From Myxococcota bacterium (GTDB lineage Bacteria; Myxococcota_A; UBA9042; PHBI01; JAWLBL01): a DNA stretch of 64,000 bases. The notes under the pieces are model-generated. The model was given only the letters and a program-made list of their open reading frames with translations. It was not told the origin of the DNA and searched no databases. The position numbers and the translations under genes were made by a program. Location: positions 8,622-72,621 of the forward strand of contig JAWLBL010000016.1 of the NCBI GenBank assembly GCA_041687695.1, read 5' to 3'. Below, in pieces: positions 1-8,653 of the stretch; position 1 is the stretch's first letter, and every line of letters begins with the position of its first letter.

Positions 1-298
1 GCTCGTCGGTCATCGCCTGCTGCGCCTTGCGGATGGCGTCGTTGGCGGCCGCCGTGATGAGGTCCTGCAGCATCTCGGCCTCGGACGCCACGATGACCGA
101 CTTGTCGAGCTCGACGCGCACGATCTCGGGTCGCCCGTTGGCGATGACCTTGACCAGCCCGCCGGCGGCTTCGCCGGTGACCTCCCGGTTCTTGGCCCGC
201 TCCTGGGCCTCCTTGACCTGCTCCTGCATGCGCCGGGCCTGCTCGAGCATCTGCTGCAGGCCCGCGCCGCCCTGTCCGAAAAGATCCTCGATGCCCAT
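1..298 (-). CDS. ybaB: YbaB/EbfC nucleoid-associated protein (C-terminal end runs off window)
   Basis: Minus-strand translation MGIEDLFGQGGAGLQQMLEQARRMQEQVKEAQE...GLVKVIANGRPEIVRVELDK is typical YbaB. It starts 6 nt after the dnaX stop, matching the conserved dnaX-ybaB order. Confidence 0.85.
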   Translation of the reverse strand, partial: MGIEDLFGQGGAGLQQMLEQARRMQEQVKEAQERAKNREVTGEAAGGLVKVIANGRPEIVRVELDKSVIVASEAEMLQDLITAAANDAIRKAQQAMTDE

Positions 299-303
299 CG
301 GCG

Positions 304-2289
304 CTACTCCTCGTCGAAGACGTTGATGTGGGTCAGCGTACCACCGAAGCGCTCGATGACCTGCTTGACCGTCGGGTGATCCTCGACCGTTCGGCGTCGC
401 TCCTCGAGCTTGTCCTGGTGGCGTCGCTGGCGCAGCTGATAGGGGCTGGTCTCGGCGCGATCGATGGCCTCGACTTCGACCGTGGCGGCCGTGAGCCCGA
501 CCTCGGGCCCGTGGGTGGCCAACGCCTTGCGCAGATCGGCCAGCTGGTCGGTCGCGCGCTGGGCCTTGAGACCCCGGGCGAAGCCGACCCGGAGGCAGCC
601 GTCGGCCACGCTCAGCAGCTGCCCGTGATCGAGCGTGCCGGCCAGCTTCGGCGCCGCCTCGCGCACCCGATCGACGAAGGCCTCCCAGCGGCCGGCGTCG
701 GCCGGAGAGGCCGGGGAGGGCGGCGGCGCCCCGGTCGCATCCTCGGCGCGCTGTGCCGGCGCCTCGGCCGCGGGCTGGGGCTCGGGCTCGGCCCCGACCT
801 CGGTCTCGGGCTTGGCCTCGGGCGCGGCCACCGCCTCGGGCTTGGCCTCGTGCGCGGCCACCGCCTCGGGCTTGGCCTCGGGCGCGGCCACCGCTTCGGG
901 CTTGGTCTCGTGCGCGGCCATGGCCGCGGGCTGCGGCTGCGGCTCCGGCGCGAGCGCGACGGCCGTGGCGGCGGCGGCCGACACCATGCGCGGCGTCGCA
1001 GGCGCTGCCGGCGCGGCTCGCGCGGTGGGCGCCGGCGTCGCGGTGTGGCTCGGTTGGCTGGGCGCGTGGGCGGAGCGCGTCATGCCTCCGCCGCCGCCAC
1101 CCGAGGGCCCCGGACCGGGCGGAGGCAGCGGCGCGCCGGACTCGAGGTGACGTTCGATGGCCTCGAGCCGCGCCAGCAGCCGGTCGATGGGCTGCAGCGG
1201 GCGCAGCTGGCACATGCGGACGACCGCCATCTCGAGCTCGAGGCGCGGGAAGCTGGCCTGGGTCAACCGCTCGGCCGTGCGCACCGCCACGTTCAGCAGG
1301 CGCTGCAGGTCCTCGGGCGCGTGGGCGCGCGCGATCTCCATCAGGACGGCGCGCTCCTCGTCGGCCAGGTCGGTCAGGGCCCCGCCCGCCTCGCCGGCGA
1401 CCCCCAGCACGATGATGTCGCGCAGGTAGTGCACGAGATCATTGGTGAACTGCTTGAGGTCGGTGCCGAACTCGAAGACGCCCTGCACGATGGCCAGGGC
1501 TTCGGGGCCGTCGCGGCGCAGCATCGCGCCCACGAGGTCCCGCAGCCAGGTGCGATCGGCGGCGCCCAGGACCTCGGCGACCTGCTCGTAGGAGGCCTCG
1601 GCGCCGCAGAAGCTGATGATGCGGTCGAGCAGGCTCAGCGCGTCGCGCATCGAGCCTTCGCTCTCGCGCGCGACCAGGCGGAGGCCGCCCTCGGCGATGG
1701 TGATGCCCTCGGCGCTCAGGATCTCGGCCAGGCGCGCGACCATGACCTGCTGCGGGATGCGCTTGAAGTCGAAGCGCTGGCAGCGCGAGAGGATGGTGAC
1801 CGGGATCTTCTGCGGCTCGGTGGTCGCGAAGATGAACTTCACGTGCGACGGAGGCTCTTCGAGCGTCTTGAGGAGGGCGTTGAAGGCCTCCGTCGTCAGC
1901 ATGTGGACTTCGTCGATGATGTAGATCTTGTAGCGGTCCCGCTGCGGCGCGTAGGCGATGCCCTCGCGCAGCTCCCGGATCTCCCCGATGCCGCGGTTGG
2001 ACGCGCCGTCGATCTCGAGCACGTCGACCGCGCGGCCCTTGGCGATCTCGACGCAGGCGTCGCACTGCCCGCATGGGTTGCCGGTCGGCCCCTGAGCGCA
2101 GTTGAGCGCACGCGCGAACACGCGCGCCGCCGTGGTCTTGCCGACGCCGCGGGCGCCACAGAACAGGAAGGCGTGGTGCACGCGATCTTGCTCGATGGCG
2201 TTGGTCAGCGTCCGCGTGACGTGCTCCTGGCCGGTGATGGCCTCGAAGTCCTGGGGCCGCCACTTGCGTGCAAGGACGAGATAACTCAT
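304..2289 (-). CDS. dnaX: DNA polymerase III subunit gamma/tau
   Basis: 661-aa ORF with the clamp-loader AAA+ N-terminus (GARGVGKTT, IIDEVHML, SRCQRFDF), a Pro/Ala/Glu-rich linker and a tau C-terminus. Confidence 0.95.
   Translation of the reverse strand: MSYLVLARKWRPQDFEAITGQEHVTRTLTNAIEQDRVHHAFLFCGARGVGKTTAARVFARALNCAQGPTGNPCGQCDACVEIAKGRAVDVLEIDGASNRGIGEIRELREGIAYAPQRDRYKIYIIDEVHMLTTEAFNALLKTLEEPPSHVKFIFATTEPQKIPVTILSRCQRFDFKRIPQQVMVARLAEILSAEGITIAEGGLRLVARESEGSMRDALSLLDRIISFCGAEASYEQVAEVLGAADRTWLRDLVGAMLRRDGPEALAIVQGVFEFGTDLKQFTNDLVHYLRDIIVLGVAGEAGGALTDLADEERAVLMEIARAHAPEDLQRLLNVAVRTAERLTQASFPRLELEMAVVRMCQLRPLQPIDRLLARLEAIERHLESGAPLPPPGPGPSGGGGGGMTRSAHAPSQPSHTATPAPTARAAPAAPATPRMVSAAAATAVALAPEPQPQPAAMAAHETKPEAVAAPEAKPEAVAAHEAKPEAVAAPEAKPETEVGAEPEPQPAAEAPAQRAEDATGAPPPSPASPADAGRWEAFVDRVREAAPKLAGTLDHGQLLSVADGCLRVGFARGLKAQRATDQLADLRKALATHGPEVGLTAATVEVEAIDRAETSPYQLRQRRHQDKLEERRRTVEDHPTVKQVIERFGGTLTHINVFDEE
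811..930. repeat. Four in-frame copies of a 30-bp tandem repeat inside the dnaX linker (encodes EAKPEAVAAP-like units)
   Basis: Unit cttggcctcgggcgcggccaccgcctcggg is repeated almost perfectly four times. Confidence 0.8.
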
Positions 2290-2451
2290 CGGCGCCGACT
2301 CTCCTGCTCCCTGCGCGCCGCCCCGACGCGACGCTGCGGGACGTTTAACACAGCCGGACCCCCAGGGTCATCCGGGGCGAACGGGCCGACGCCGCGGCGG
2401 CCTTCGAAACGCCGAGAGCCGCCAGGGACCTGCCCTGACGGCTCTCGAGAT

Positions 2452-2552
2452 GGGACGGCTGGGGCCCGACACATGAAGCTCGCGCTACCGCTGCTTCCTC
2501 CCGGACCTGACGGAGTTCACGCAAACCCCATTGCCGGACCCACAGCCACAGA
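2452..2552 (-). ncRNA. ffs: Candidate small SRP RNA (4.5S, ffs)
   Basis: The minus strand reads GTCAGGTCCGGGAGGAAGCAGCGG, matching the SRP RNA domain IV consensus GUCAGGUCCGGAAGGAAGCAGC with one mismatch. A closing helix is possible between GGCTGTGGGTCC and GGGCCCCAGCC. The location between tRNA-Ser and dnaX is as in Bacillus (scr-dnaX-yaaK). Boundaries are approximate. Confidence 0.55.
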
Positions 2553-2585
2553 CGATCCGACCAAGGCCGGATCGAAGCGATGTGA

Positions 2586-2678
2586 TGGCGGAGAGAGAGG
2601 GATTCGAACCCTCGGTAGAGCTTTTGGCCCTACACACGATTTCCAGTCGTGCACCTTCAACCACTCGGTCATCTCTCC
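2586..2678 (-). tRNA. tRNA-Ser (anticodon GGA), CCA encoded
   Basis: Cloverleaf read by eye: acceptor GGAGAGA/TCTCTCC, anticodon loop CTGGAAA, long variable arm, T-loop GGTTCGAATCC. Confidence 0.85.
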
Positions 2679-2854
2679 GTAGGTGCTCCAGGAACGCCGA
2701 TCCCGGCGTCGCCAACCTGCCGCAAGCAGGGACATCGCTGAGCTCCTCACTGGGTGAGGGTGAGCGCGTCCTGGAAGCCCTGATGACTGAGGGTGAGCGG
2801 CGTAAGCGCGGACGAGGCGCCCGCTGCCGGCGGACCGGCAGCGGGGCGTCGCGG

Positions 2855-2942
2855 CGGAGAGAGAGGGATTCGAACCCCCGGTACGGTTGCCCGTACACCT
2901 GATTTCGAGTCAGGCGCCATCGACCAGCTCGGCCATCTCTCC
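2855..2942 (-). tRNA. tRNA-Ser (anticodon CGA)
   Basis: Acceptor GGAGAGA, anticodon loop CTCGAAA, long variable arm, T-loop GGTTCGAATCC. CCA is not encoded. Confidence 0.85.
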
Positions 2943-2961
2943 ACAAGGCGCGCTCGGACCC

Positions 2962-3435
2962 TCAGCGAGGGCGGCGCTGGACGCGCAGGTCCTCGAAGAA
3001 GGAGGTGAGCAGCTCACGGCACTCGGTCTCACGCAGGCCTTGCTCGACGTCCGGGCGCGGGCCGGTCAAGACTTTCACGGTGCTGACCACCGCGCCGGTC
3101 TTGGGTTCGACTGCGCCGTAGACCACCCGGGCGACCCGCGCCGTCAACGCCGCGCCCGCGCACATGGCGCAGGGCTCGAGCGTCACGAAGAGGGTCGCGC
3201 CTTCAAGGCGCCAGGCGCCCAGGGTGCGAGCGGCTTCACGGAGCGCGAGGACCTCGGCGTGCGCCGTGGGGTCCTGGAGCGTGTCCGTGAGGTTCGCGCC
3301 GCGGCCGACGATGCGGCCCTCAGCGACGACGACCGCGCCGACAGGGACGTTGCCCATGGCGGCTGCGCGGCGGGCGAGGCGGAGCGCCTCTCGCATCGCG
3401 TCGTCGTCGCGGATGGGCTCCGGGACGACGATCAT
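2962..3435 (-). CDS. tadA: tRNA-specific adenosine deaminase
   Basis: Translation has the CDA-fold zinc motifs HAEVLALR and LEPCAMCAGA, and MREALRLARRA...VPVGAVVV aligns with the E. coli TadA N-terminus. Start chosen at MIVVPEP because the longer ORF would overlap tRNA-Arg. Confidence 0.85.
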   Translation of the reverse strand: MIVVPEPIRDDDAMREALRLARRAAAMGNVPVGAVVVAEGRIVGRGANLTDTLQDPTAHAEVLALREAARTLGAWRLEGATLFVTLEPCAMCAGAALTARVARVVYGAVEPKTGAVVSTVKVLTGPRPDVEQGLRETECRELLTSFFEDLRVQRRPR

Positions 3436-3530
3436 GCCGGAGAAACCTTGTCCATCACATCGCGTTTGGAAAAGAGCGGTCGCCTGAGACGACGACGCCC
3501 CCGTCCGGGGGGACGGGGGCTCCATGAGTT

Positions 3531-3604
3531 CGCGCCGGAGAGGATTCGAACCTCTGACCTATGGTTCCGTAGACCATTGCTCTATCCAGCTGAGCTACCG
3601 GCGC
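3531..3604 (-). tRNA. tRNA-Arg (anticodon ACG)
   Basis: 74-nt cloverleaf: acceptor GCGCCGG, anticodon loop CTACGGA, T-loop GGTTCGAATCC. Confidence 0.85.
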
Positions 3605-3732
3605 TCACGGGAGGTGGAAGGTATGCGCCCCTTCCAGGGCTGTCAAGCGTGTTCGCACGGGCCGCCAACGCGGCTTCGGACGGGCACCTGACAGGGATCC
3701 GACCCCGCGCCGCGGCCGCGACGCGGGGCTCG

Positions 3733-3830
<98 letters not shown>

Positions 3831-3873
3831 ACGGGTCGTCTTCACTTGTCAGGACAGGGCTGGTGTCGGGCGG

Positions 3874-3956
3874 CGGAGGAGGAGGGATTCGAACCCCCGG
3901 GACTCGCGTCCGACGGTTTTCAAGACCGCTGCCTTAAACCACTCGGCCACTCCTCC
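3874..3956 (-). tRNA. tRNA-Ser (anticodon UGA)
   Basis: Acceptor GGAGGAG, anticodon loop CTTGAAA, variable arm CGGACGCGAGTCCC, T-loop GGTTCGAATCC. Confidence 0.8.
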
Positions 3957-3974
3957 AGCGGCAAAGGGAGCGAG

Positions 3975-4003
3975 AAACTAGCGCAGGACCCGTCGTCAAT
4001 CAA
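3975..4003 (-). promoter_or_regulatory. Putative sigma70-type promoter for the tRNA cluster
   Basis: Minus strand reads TTGATT, then 17 nt, then TAGTTT, about 20 nt upstream of the tRNA-Ser(UGA) 5' end. Confidence 0.3.
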
Positions 4004-4041
4004 GAGGCTTTCAACACGGCCCGCGCGCGGCCGCCGGGTCG

Positions 4042-6342
4042 CTAGATCTCCTCGAGGGTCGGCAGCTTCCACTCGCCCTGGTCGCGGCTAGACCGCCAGT
4101 CCTCGAGCAGCCCCTCGACGCTGACCGAGCTCAGGTCCTCGAGGATGATCGCGCTGCCGGCCTCGTCGTGCGAGTCGACGCGCTCGCCGCGGGCCTTCTT
4201 GTCGGCGTTCTTCTTCTCCTCGTCGCGGATGAGCTTGCGCAGCTGGGCGAGCGACATGCCCGAGCTGATGACCTGGATGCGCTGCGAGGCGTGGAAGGTC
4301 ATCCAGACCAGGAAGTGGATGGGGTGGAAGTGGTAGACGATGCCGGTCCAGGGCTCGACGTTCAGGCCGATGTGGGCCGCTACGTCCTTGTTGAGCCAGA
4401 CGAAGGGCAGGATCCGACGCAGCGCCCCGCGGAACACGCCCGAGTCCTTGAAGATGCTCTTGAACTCGCTGACCCGCTCGTCCCAGGTCTCGGCCCTCGA
4501 CAGCGCGAGCACCCAGTCGACCTGATCGGACCACTCGCTGACGTGGCGCGCGACGACCTTGCGCAGCCACGACTTCTCCTCGAGGTACTCGCCGGGCGTC
4601 GTGAAGAAGTACTCGATGTCGTCCGGCGCGACCACGCGGGCGTCGAGCAGCGGTGAGCGCTTGCGCACCGTCGGCGACTGGTCGAACAGGCTCAGCACGT
4701 CGCGGTTGTCGACGAAGGGGCTGCCCGTGAGATCCGACTCGACCTCGCTGAAGAAGCGTCCGTGCACGCCAAGGTCGACGGCCTCCTTCCAGCCCTCCTC
4801 GGCGAAGATCTCGACGTGGATCTGCGGCGTCTGGTCGTACTCGTCCTTGCCGAACAGGCCGACGTCGCCGATGAGCTCGCCCGACGAGATCTTGACCGGG
4901 CTCTCCTTCCAGGGGACGAGCGCGATCTCGCCGCGCTTGAAGGCCGCGAGGTGCTGGCCGACCTCGAGATACGCCCGGGTGTCGAACTCGCCGTCGTCGT
5001 CCTCGGCCGCCACGAACTCGTCGTCGTCCTGAAAGAGCGCGGTGTCGTCCTTGGGCGCGCCCCCGCCGTCCTCCTCCTCGGCCGCACCGCCCTGGAGCGC
5101 GGTCTCCTCCTCGTCGACCTTCCCGCCGTGGACCCGGAAGAGCTGCCGCACCCACTCGGGGTGGTCCTTCGTGACGTTCTCGAAGTCGATGGGGCCCAGG
5201 TGCATGTACAGCGAGTAGAAGACGAAGGCCTTGGTCTTCTCTTTCTGGCGCGTGGGCACGTCTATCTCGTGGCGCAGCACCAGGAAGTTGTTGTGGCCCA
5301 TGCGCGTCGGCTTCTTGCCGAACCGTCCGGCGACCACCACCCCGTCGAACATGTTGTACACGGGGCTGCCCTTGGGCTTCTTCAGGTGGATGCCGCCGTG
5401 CCAGGTCTGGTTGATGCCGATGGGGTACCAGCCGCCGCCCAGCGCCGACTCGTTGGCCCGGAAGTACTCCTGCGCGTAGGCCCGCACCTTGTCCGGCTCG
5501 AGCAGGGTCGCGACGTTCTTGCCGTCCTCGAGCTCGATGGGGAAGGCGTTGTGCTCGCGGGCGAGGCCGGCGATGACGCGCTGCCAGTCGAAGCCCGGGC
5601 CCGGATCCCAGCGGGTCGGCGAGATGTGCCAGTGGGCCAGGATGCCCGCGAAGCCCGGCCAGTCGTCGGGGATGACGTAGGGGATGACCTCGCCCGTCGG
5701 GTCGGCCGGGTACTTGGGCTCGATCTTGTCGAGCACCTTGGTCAGGACCTTGAGCAGCTCGATGAGCGCCTGGTACTGCGCGTCCGTGTAGCCCCACGAG
5801 ATCTGGCCGTCGGTGCTCTGCTGGATCTTCATCCGCCTGGAGCGCGGTCGGCGGTACTCCCGCTTGGACATTTCCGCGAAGCGCGGGTGCTTGGGGTCGT
5901 AGGGCGGGGCGTCGGGCTCGCGCACCAGGTTGCGCATCAGGTTGTTGAGGTCGATGCCGACGCTGGTGCTGTTCGAGTCGCCGCCGTGGTACGCCTCGAA
6001 CATCACGTCGAGGGGCTGGTAGATCGTGCCGTCCCAGTCGATCATGAAGTGGGTCGACAGCTTGCGGCCGACCAGCGCGCGGAAGCAGCCCTCGGAGTCG
6101 CCCGTGAGGTCCGTGTGCAGGACGACGTGCTGCACATGCTCCTTGAGCTCCGGCAGGGTCTTGATCGGCTTGCCCTTCACGCGCCGGAACCCGTACATCG
6201 CCTCGTTCGTCGCCGCCTCGCTCGCCGAGCTCTCGCGCGGGAAGCTGAAGGCGCCCGTGTGCTCCCAGGTGACGACCTTGACGTTGTTGGCGAGCTTGTA
6301 GGCCTCGCCGCCGATGATGATGCTGTCGTACGTCTCCGTCAT
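4042..6342 (-). CDS. Multidomain peptidoglycan hydrolase with N-acetylmuramoyl-L-alanine amidase (amidase_2/PGRP-like), split M23 peptidase and a C-terminal unknown domain; no signal peptide
   Basis: HTDLTGDS...HFMIDWDGTIYQ...YHGG..NSTSVGIDL is the amidase_2 signature. GGWYPIGINQTWHGGIHL...YMHLG and later QIHVEIF are M23 motifs interrupted by an acidic insert. The N-terminus MTETYDSIIIGG has no hydrophobic leader. Confidence 0.75.
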   Translation of the reverse strand: MTETYDSIIIGGEAYKLANNVKVVTWEHTGAFSFPRESSASEAATNEAMYGFRRVKGKPIKTLPELKEHVQHVVLHTDLTGDSEGCFRALVGRKLSTHFMIDWDGTIYQPLDVMFEAYHGGDSNSTSVGIDLNNLMRNLVREPDAPPYDPKHPRFAEMSKREYRRPRSRRMKIQQSTDGQISWGYTDAQYQALIELLKVLTKVLDKIEPKYPADPTGEVIPYVIPDDWPGFAGILAHWHISPTRWDPGPGFDWQRVIAGLAREHNAFPIELEDGKNVATLLEPDKVRAYAQEYFRANESALGGGWYPIGINQTWHGGIHLKKPKGSPVYNMFDGVVVAGRFGKKPTRMGHNNFLVLRHEIDVPTRQKEKTKAFVFYSLYMHLGPIDFENVTKDHPEWVRQLFRVHGGKVDEEETALQGGAAEEEDGGGAPKDDTALFQDDDEFVAAEDDDGEFDTRAYLEVGQHLAAFKRGEIALVPWKESPVKISSGELIGDVGLFGKDEYDQTPQIHVEIFAEEGWKEAVDLGVHGRFFSEVESDLTGSPFVDNRDVLSLFDQSPTVRKRSPLLDARVVAPDDIEYFFTTPGEYLEEKSWLRKVVARHVSEWSDQVDWVLALSRAETWDERVSEFKSIFKDSGVFRGALRRILPFVWLNKDVAAHIGLNVEPWTGIVYHFHPIHFLVWMTFHASQRIQVISSGMSLAQLRKLIRDEEKKNADKKARGERVDSHDEAGSAIILEDLSSVSVEGLLEDWRSSRDQGEWKLPTLEEI

Positions 6343-6351
6343 CGTCCTCGC

Positions 6352-8085
6352 CTACTTGACGCCGAGCTTCTTGACGGCCTTGCCGGCCCCGGCGCCCTTC
6401 TTGGCGAGCCCCGCCGCGCCCTTGCCGGCGCCCTGAGCCGCCTTGGCGCCCTTGCCGAAGATCTTCTTGCCGATGGCCATCAGCAGCTTGAGCAGGATGA
6501 GCGCCAGCACCAGCCCGACGCCGATGGCCACGGCCATGAAGCCCTTCTTGCCCAGCTTCGCCTCGCCCATCGACCGCACCTGGTCGACCATCACAGCCAC
6601 GCCCTCGGGCCCCTTGGGCACCGCGGCGGCGTAGGCCGGCGCCGCGAACTTGCGCCCGGCGGCCTTGACCTCGAGCTCGTAGGCCACCATCGATCCGGGC
6701 GTCGCCTCGTGGTCCGTGAACGTCACGACCAGCTGGCCGTTCAGCTCGTCGATGAGATCGGTGTAGTGGTCCGCCACGACGTTGGCGTCCTCGGCCACGC
6801 GCGCCGTGCCCCCCGACCGCCAGGCCAGCAGCTCGAGGCGCTCGCGCTCGTGCGGCTCGGCGTTGGGGTTGACCACCGTGAAGATGCGGATCCCCGCCGC
6901 CTTCGCCAGCGACAGCCACTGCTTGAGCAGCGGCTCGAACCGGGCCTGCTCGGCCTTGATGGCGTCGCCCAGCTTCTTGTCGACGCAGGTCTTCGAGTCC
7001 CGGTAGAGCTTCATCTCCTCGTCTTCGTCGTGCCTGCCGGCCCGCTTGGCCTTGCGCGCCTCGAGGATCTCCCTGTTGCAGTCCTCGCGCATCTTCGCGC
7101 GGCAGTCCTCGAGGCGGTAGGCGTACCCGTCGCGGCCGTCCCCCAGCAGCACCAGGGCCTTGGGTTGTCCGGGCTTGCCGTCCTTGGCGAGCATCCTCAG
7201 CGCCACCTCGACGGCCGGCGCTCCCAGGGCCGACGCCTCGGCCGCCCGCGCGCTGGTCGACATGCGCTCGTGCTGCGGCGTCGGGTTGCACAGCGGCGCG
7301 CCCAGCCCGAACAGGTGCGGGTAGAAGCCCTGGTAGGTGGTCGCTGTGATGACCTTGGGCAGGTCGGCGTAGTTGGCGGTCAGCCCGCAATAGGCCTCGT
7401 CGTCGGCCAGCTGCGCCGGGTCGTCGCCCTCGGGCGGCGGCTCGCCCCAGGTCTCGAGTTGCTCGAGCTCCCAGGCGGCGCACTTGTCGGCCATCTGCTC
7501 GAGGCGCGTCAGCTCCTTGACGCGGCCCTTGGCCTCGACCCAGGTCATGACGAAGTCGTTGTACCAGACGACGTTCATCAGGTTGGCCTTGCCGAGCTTC
7601 TTGAAGAACAGGCCCGCGCCGTTGCGCTGCCGCTCGCCCAGCGTGCCGTCCCGGTAGTCGGGGCTGGCGTAGCCGGGCAGCACGACCGCCACCGCCATGC
7701 CGCGCTCGTCGTCGCCCATCGTGGCCAGCGTCGGCAGCTCCTCCTTGGGGACCTCCTTGTCCTCGCCAGCGTCCGTCTTCGGGAAGACCGGCTCGCCGTC
7801 GACGATGCTGAACAGCTCGACCGCCTTCTGCTTGTCGGGCTTGCGGCTGACCTTCAGCTCCTGCAGGAACTTCTCGTGGTCGACCGGCCGCAGGCGGCTG
7901 TCCAGGAACGACGCGTAGACCTTGATGAGCGGCGCCGCGGTCGTGTCGACGTGGTTGATCTTGATCTGCGGGAAGGCGTCCGAGACCTGCGCGTGCGCCT
8001 CGGGCGCGGTCGGCAGGTAGGGGGCCGCCACGAGCAGCGAGAGCCCGAGGGCAACGGCCACGGGGCCGAGGTGCCTTGCCTTCAT
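6352..8085 (-). CDS. Secreted vWA-like protein with C-terminal transmembrane anchor and Lys-rich tail
   Basis: Signal peptide MKARHLGPVAVALGLSLLVAAP. vWA-like stretches MAVAVVLPGY and ALVLLGDGRDGY. C-terminal TM FMAVAIGVGLVLALILL then a KKG-rich tail. Start taken at the internal Met after an Arg/Gly-rich leader. Confidence 0.6.
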   Translation of the reverse strand: MKARHLGPVAVALGLSLLVAAPYLPTAPEAHAQVSDAFPQIKINHVDTTAAPLIKVYASFLDSRLRPVDHEKFLQELKVSRKPDKQKAVELFSIVDGEPVFPKTDAGEDKEVPKEELPTLATMGDDERGMAVAVVLPGYASPDYRDGTLGERQRNGAGLFFKKLGKANLMNVVWYNDFVMTWVEAKGRVKELTRLEQMADKCAAWELEQLETWGEPPPEGDDPAQLADDEAYCGLTANYADLPKVITATTYQGFYPHLFGLGAPLCNPTPQHERMSTSARAAEASALGAPAVEVALRMLAKDGKPGQPKALVLLGDGRDGYAYRLEDCRAKMREDCNREILEARKAKRAGRHDEDEEMKLYRDSKTCVDKKLGDAIKAEQARFEPLLKQWLSLAKAAGIRIFTVVNPNAEPHERERLELLAWRSGGTARVAEDANVVADHYTDLIDELNGQLVVTFTDHEATPGSMVAYELEVKAAGRKFAAPAYAAAVPKGPEGVAVMVDQVRSMGEAKLGKKGFMAVAIGVGLVLALILLKLLMAIGKKIFGKGAKAAQGAGKGAAGLAKKGAGAGKAVKKLGVK

Positions 8086-8516
8086 GAGAACCACGCCATG
8101 GGCCGTACGCGATAGACCACCGGCCGCTCGGTCGTCAGGCGCGTCCCGCCCGCGACCACCTCGGCCACATACTCGTAGTCGCCCGCAACGTAGTCGTCGT
8201 AGGGATAGACGAGCCGCACCGGGAAGCTGGCGCGACCGCCCGAGACCTCTGGCGCCGGCAGCTCGAAGCGCAGCACCTCGCGCGGCGTCCGCACGGTCAG
8301 GGCCACGCCCGCCGCTGAAGCCTCGACCCCCGCTGGCAGGCGCAGGTCCAGGTGCACCTCGCGATCGGGGAAGGCGCCCTCGGCCTCGTCGGCCCGCCAA
8401 GACAGGGCGCCGCCGCGCCCGCACGAGCCCAGCGTCGCGCCGAGCCCCAGCCCGGCCACCGCCACCAGCCCCGTCCCCAGAAATCCACGTCGCCCCAGCC
8501 GGGTCCCATCGCTCAT
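8082..8516 (-). CDS. Small Tat-signal lipoprotein, hypothetical
   Basis: [25 protein letters not shown] has a twin-arginine motif and a lipobox. The start of the downstream gene overlaps its stop by 4 nt. Confidence 0.6.
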   Translation of the reverse strand: MSDGTRLGRRGFLGTGLVAVAGLGLGATLGSCGRGGALSWRADEAEGAFPDREVHLDLRLPAGVEASAAGVALTVRTPREVLRFELPAPEVSGGRASFPVRLVYPYDDYVAGDYEYVAEVVAGGTRLTTERPVVYRVRPMAWFS

Positions 8517-8653
8517 GGGGCGCTAGCCTAATGGACGGCGTCGCCGGCTGACAAGGTCAGCGAGGCCGTCGGCGTCGGCCACCGAACGCGCAACCCCCGG
8601 ACGCGACGCCGGTTTCGCCCGACGACGCGCCCGGGGGCCGCGCGCTCGGCGCT

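Noticed and set aside
304-2289. Programmed -1 frameshift site for a gamma subunit in dnaX.
   Set aside because: No A-AAA-AAG-like slippery heptamer followed by a stem-loop was found; only the in-frame 30-bp repeats were seen.
2330-2425. First candidate for the SRP RNA domain IV motif (ccagggtcatccggggcgaacggg).
   Set aside because: It is a poor match to GGAAGGAAGCAGC. A 22/23 match exists 100 nt away at 2490-2512 on the minus strand, so the call was moved there.
328-2682. Very long antisense or overlapping ORFs throughout the window (for example 328-2682 +, 4088-7483 -, 4762-8115 +, 12335-15304 +, 16983-19754 -, 21398-23635 -, 36670-39543 -, 39422-44914 -, 50760-53102 +, 54959-57319 -).
   Set aside because: Their translations are Arg/Gly/Ala/Pro-rich low-complexity strings typical of stop-codon-poor alternative frames in 70% GC DNA. 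Each one overlaps a gene with clear family motifs and proper GC3 bias on the other frame or strand.
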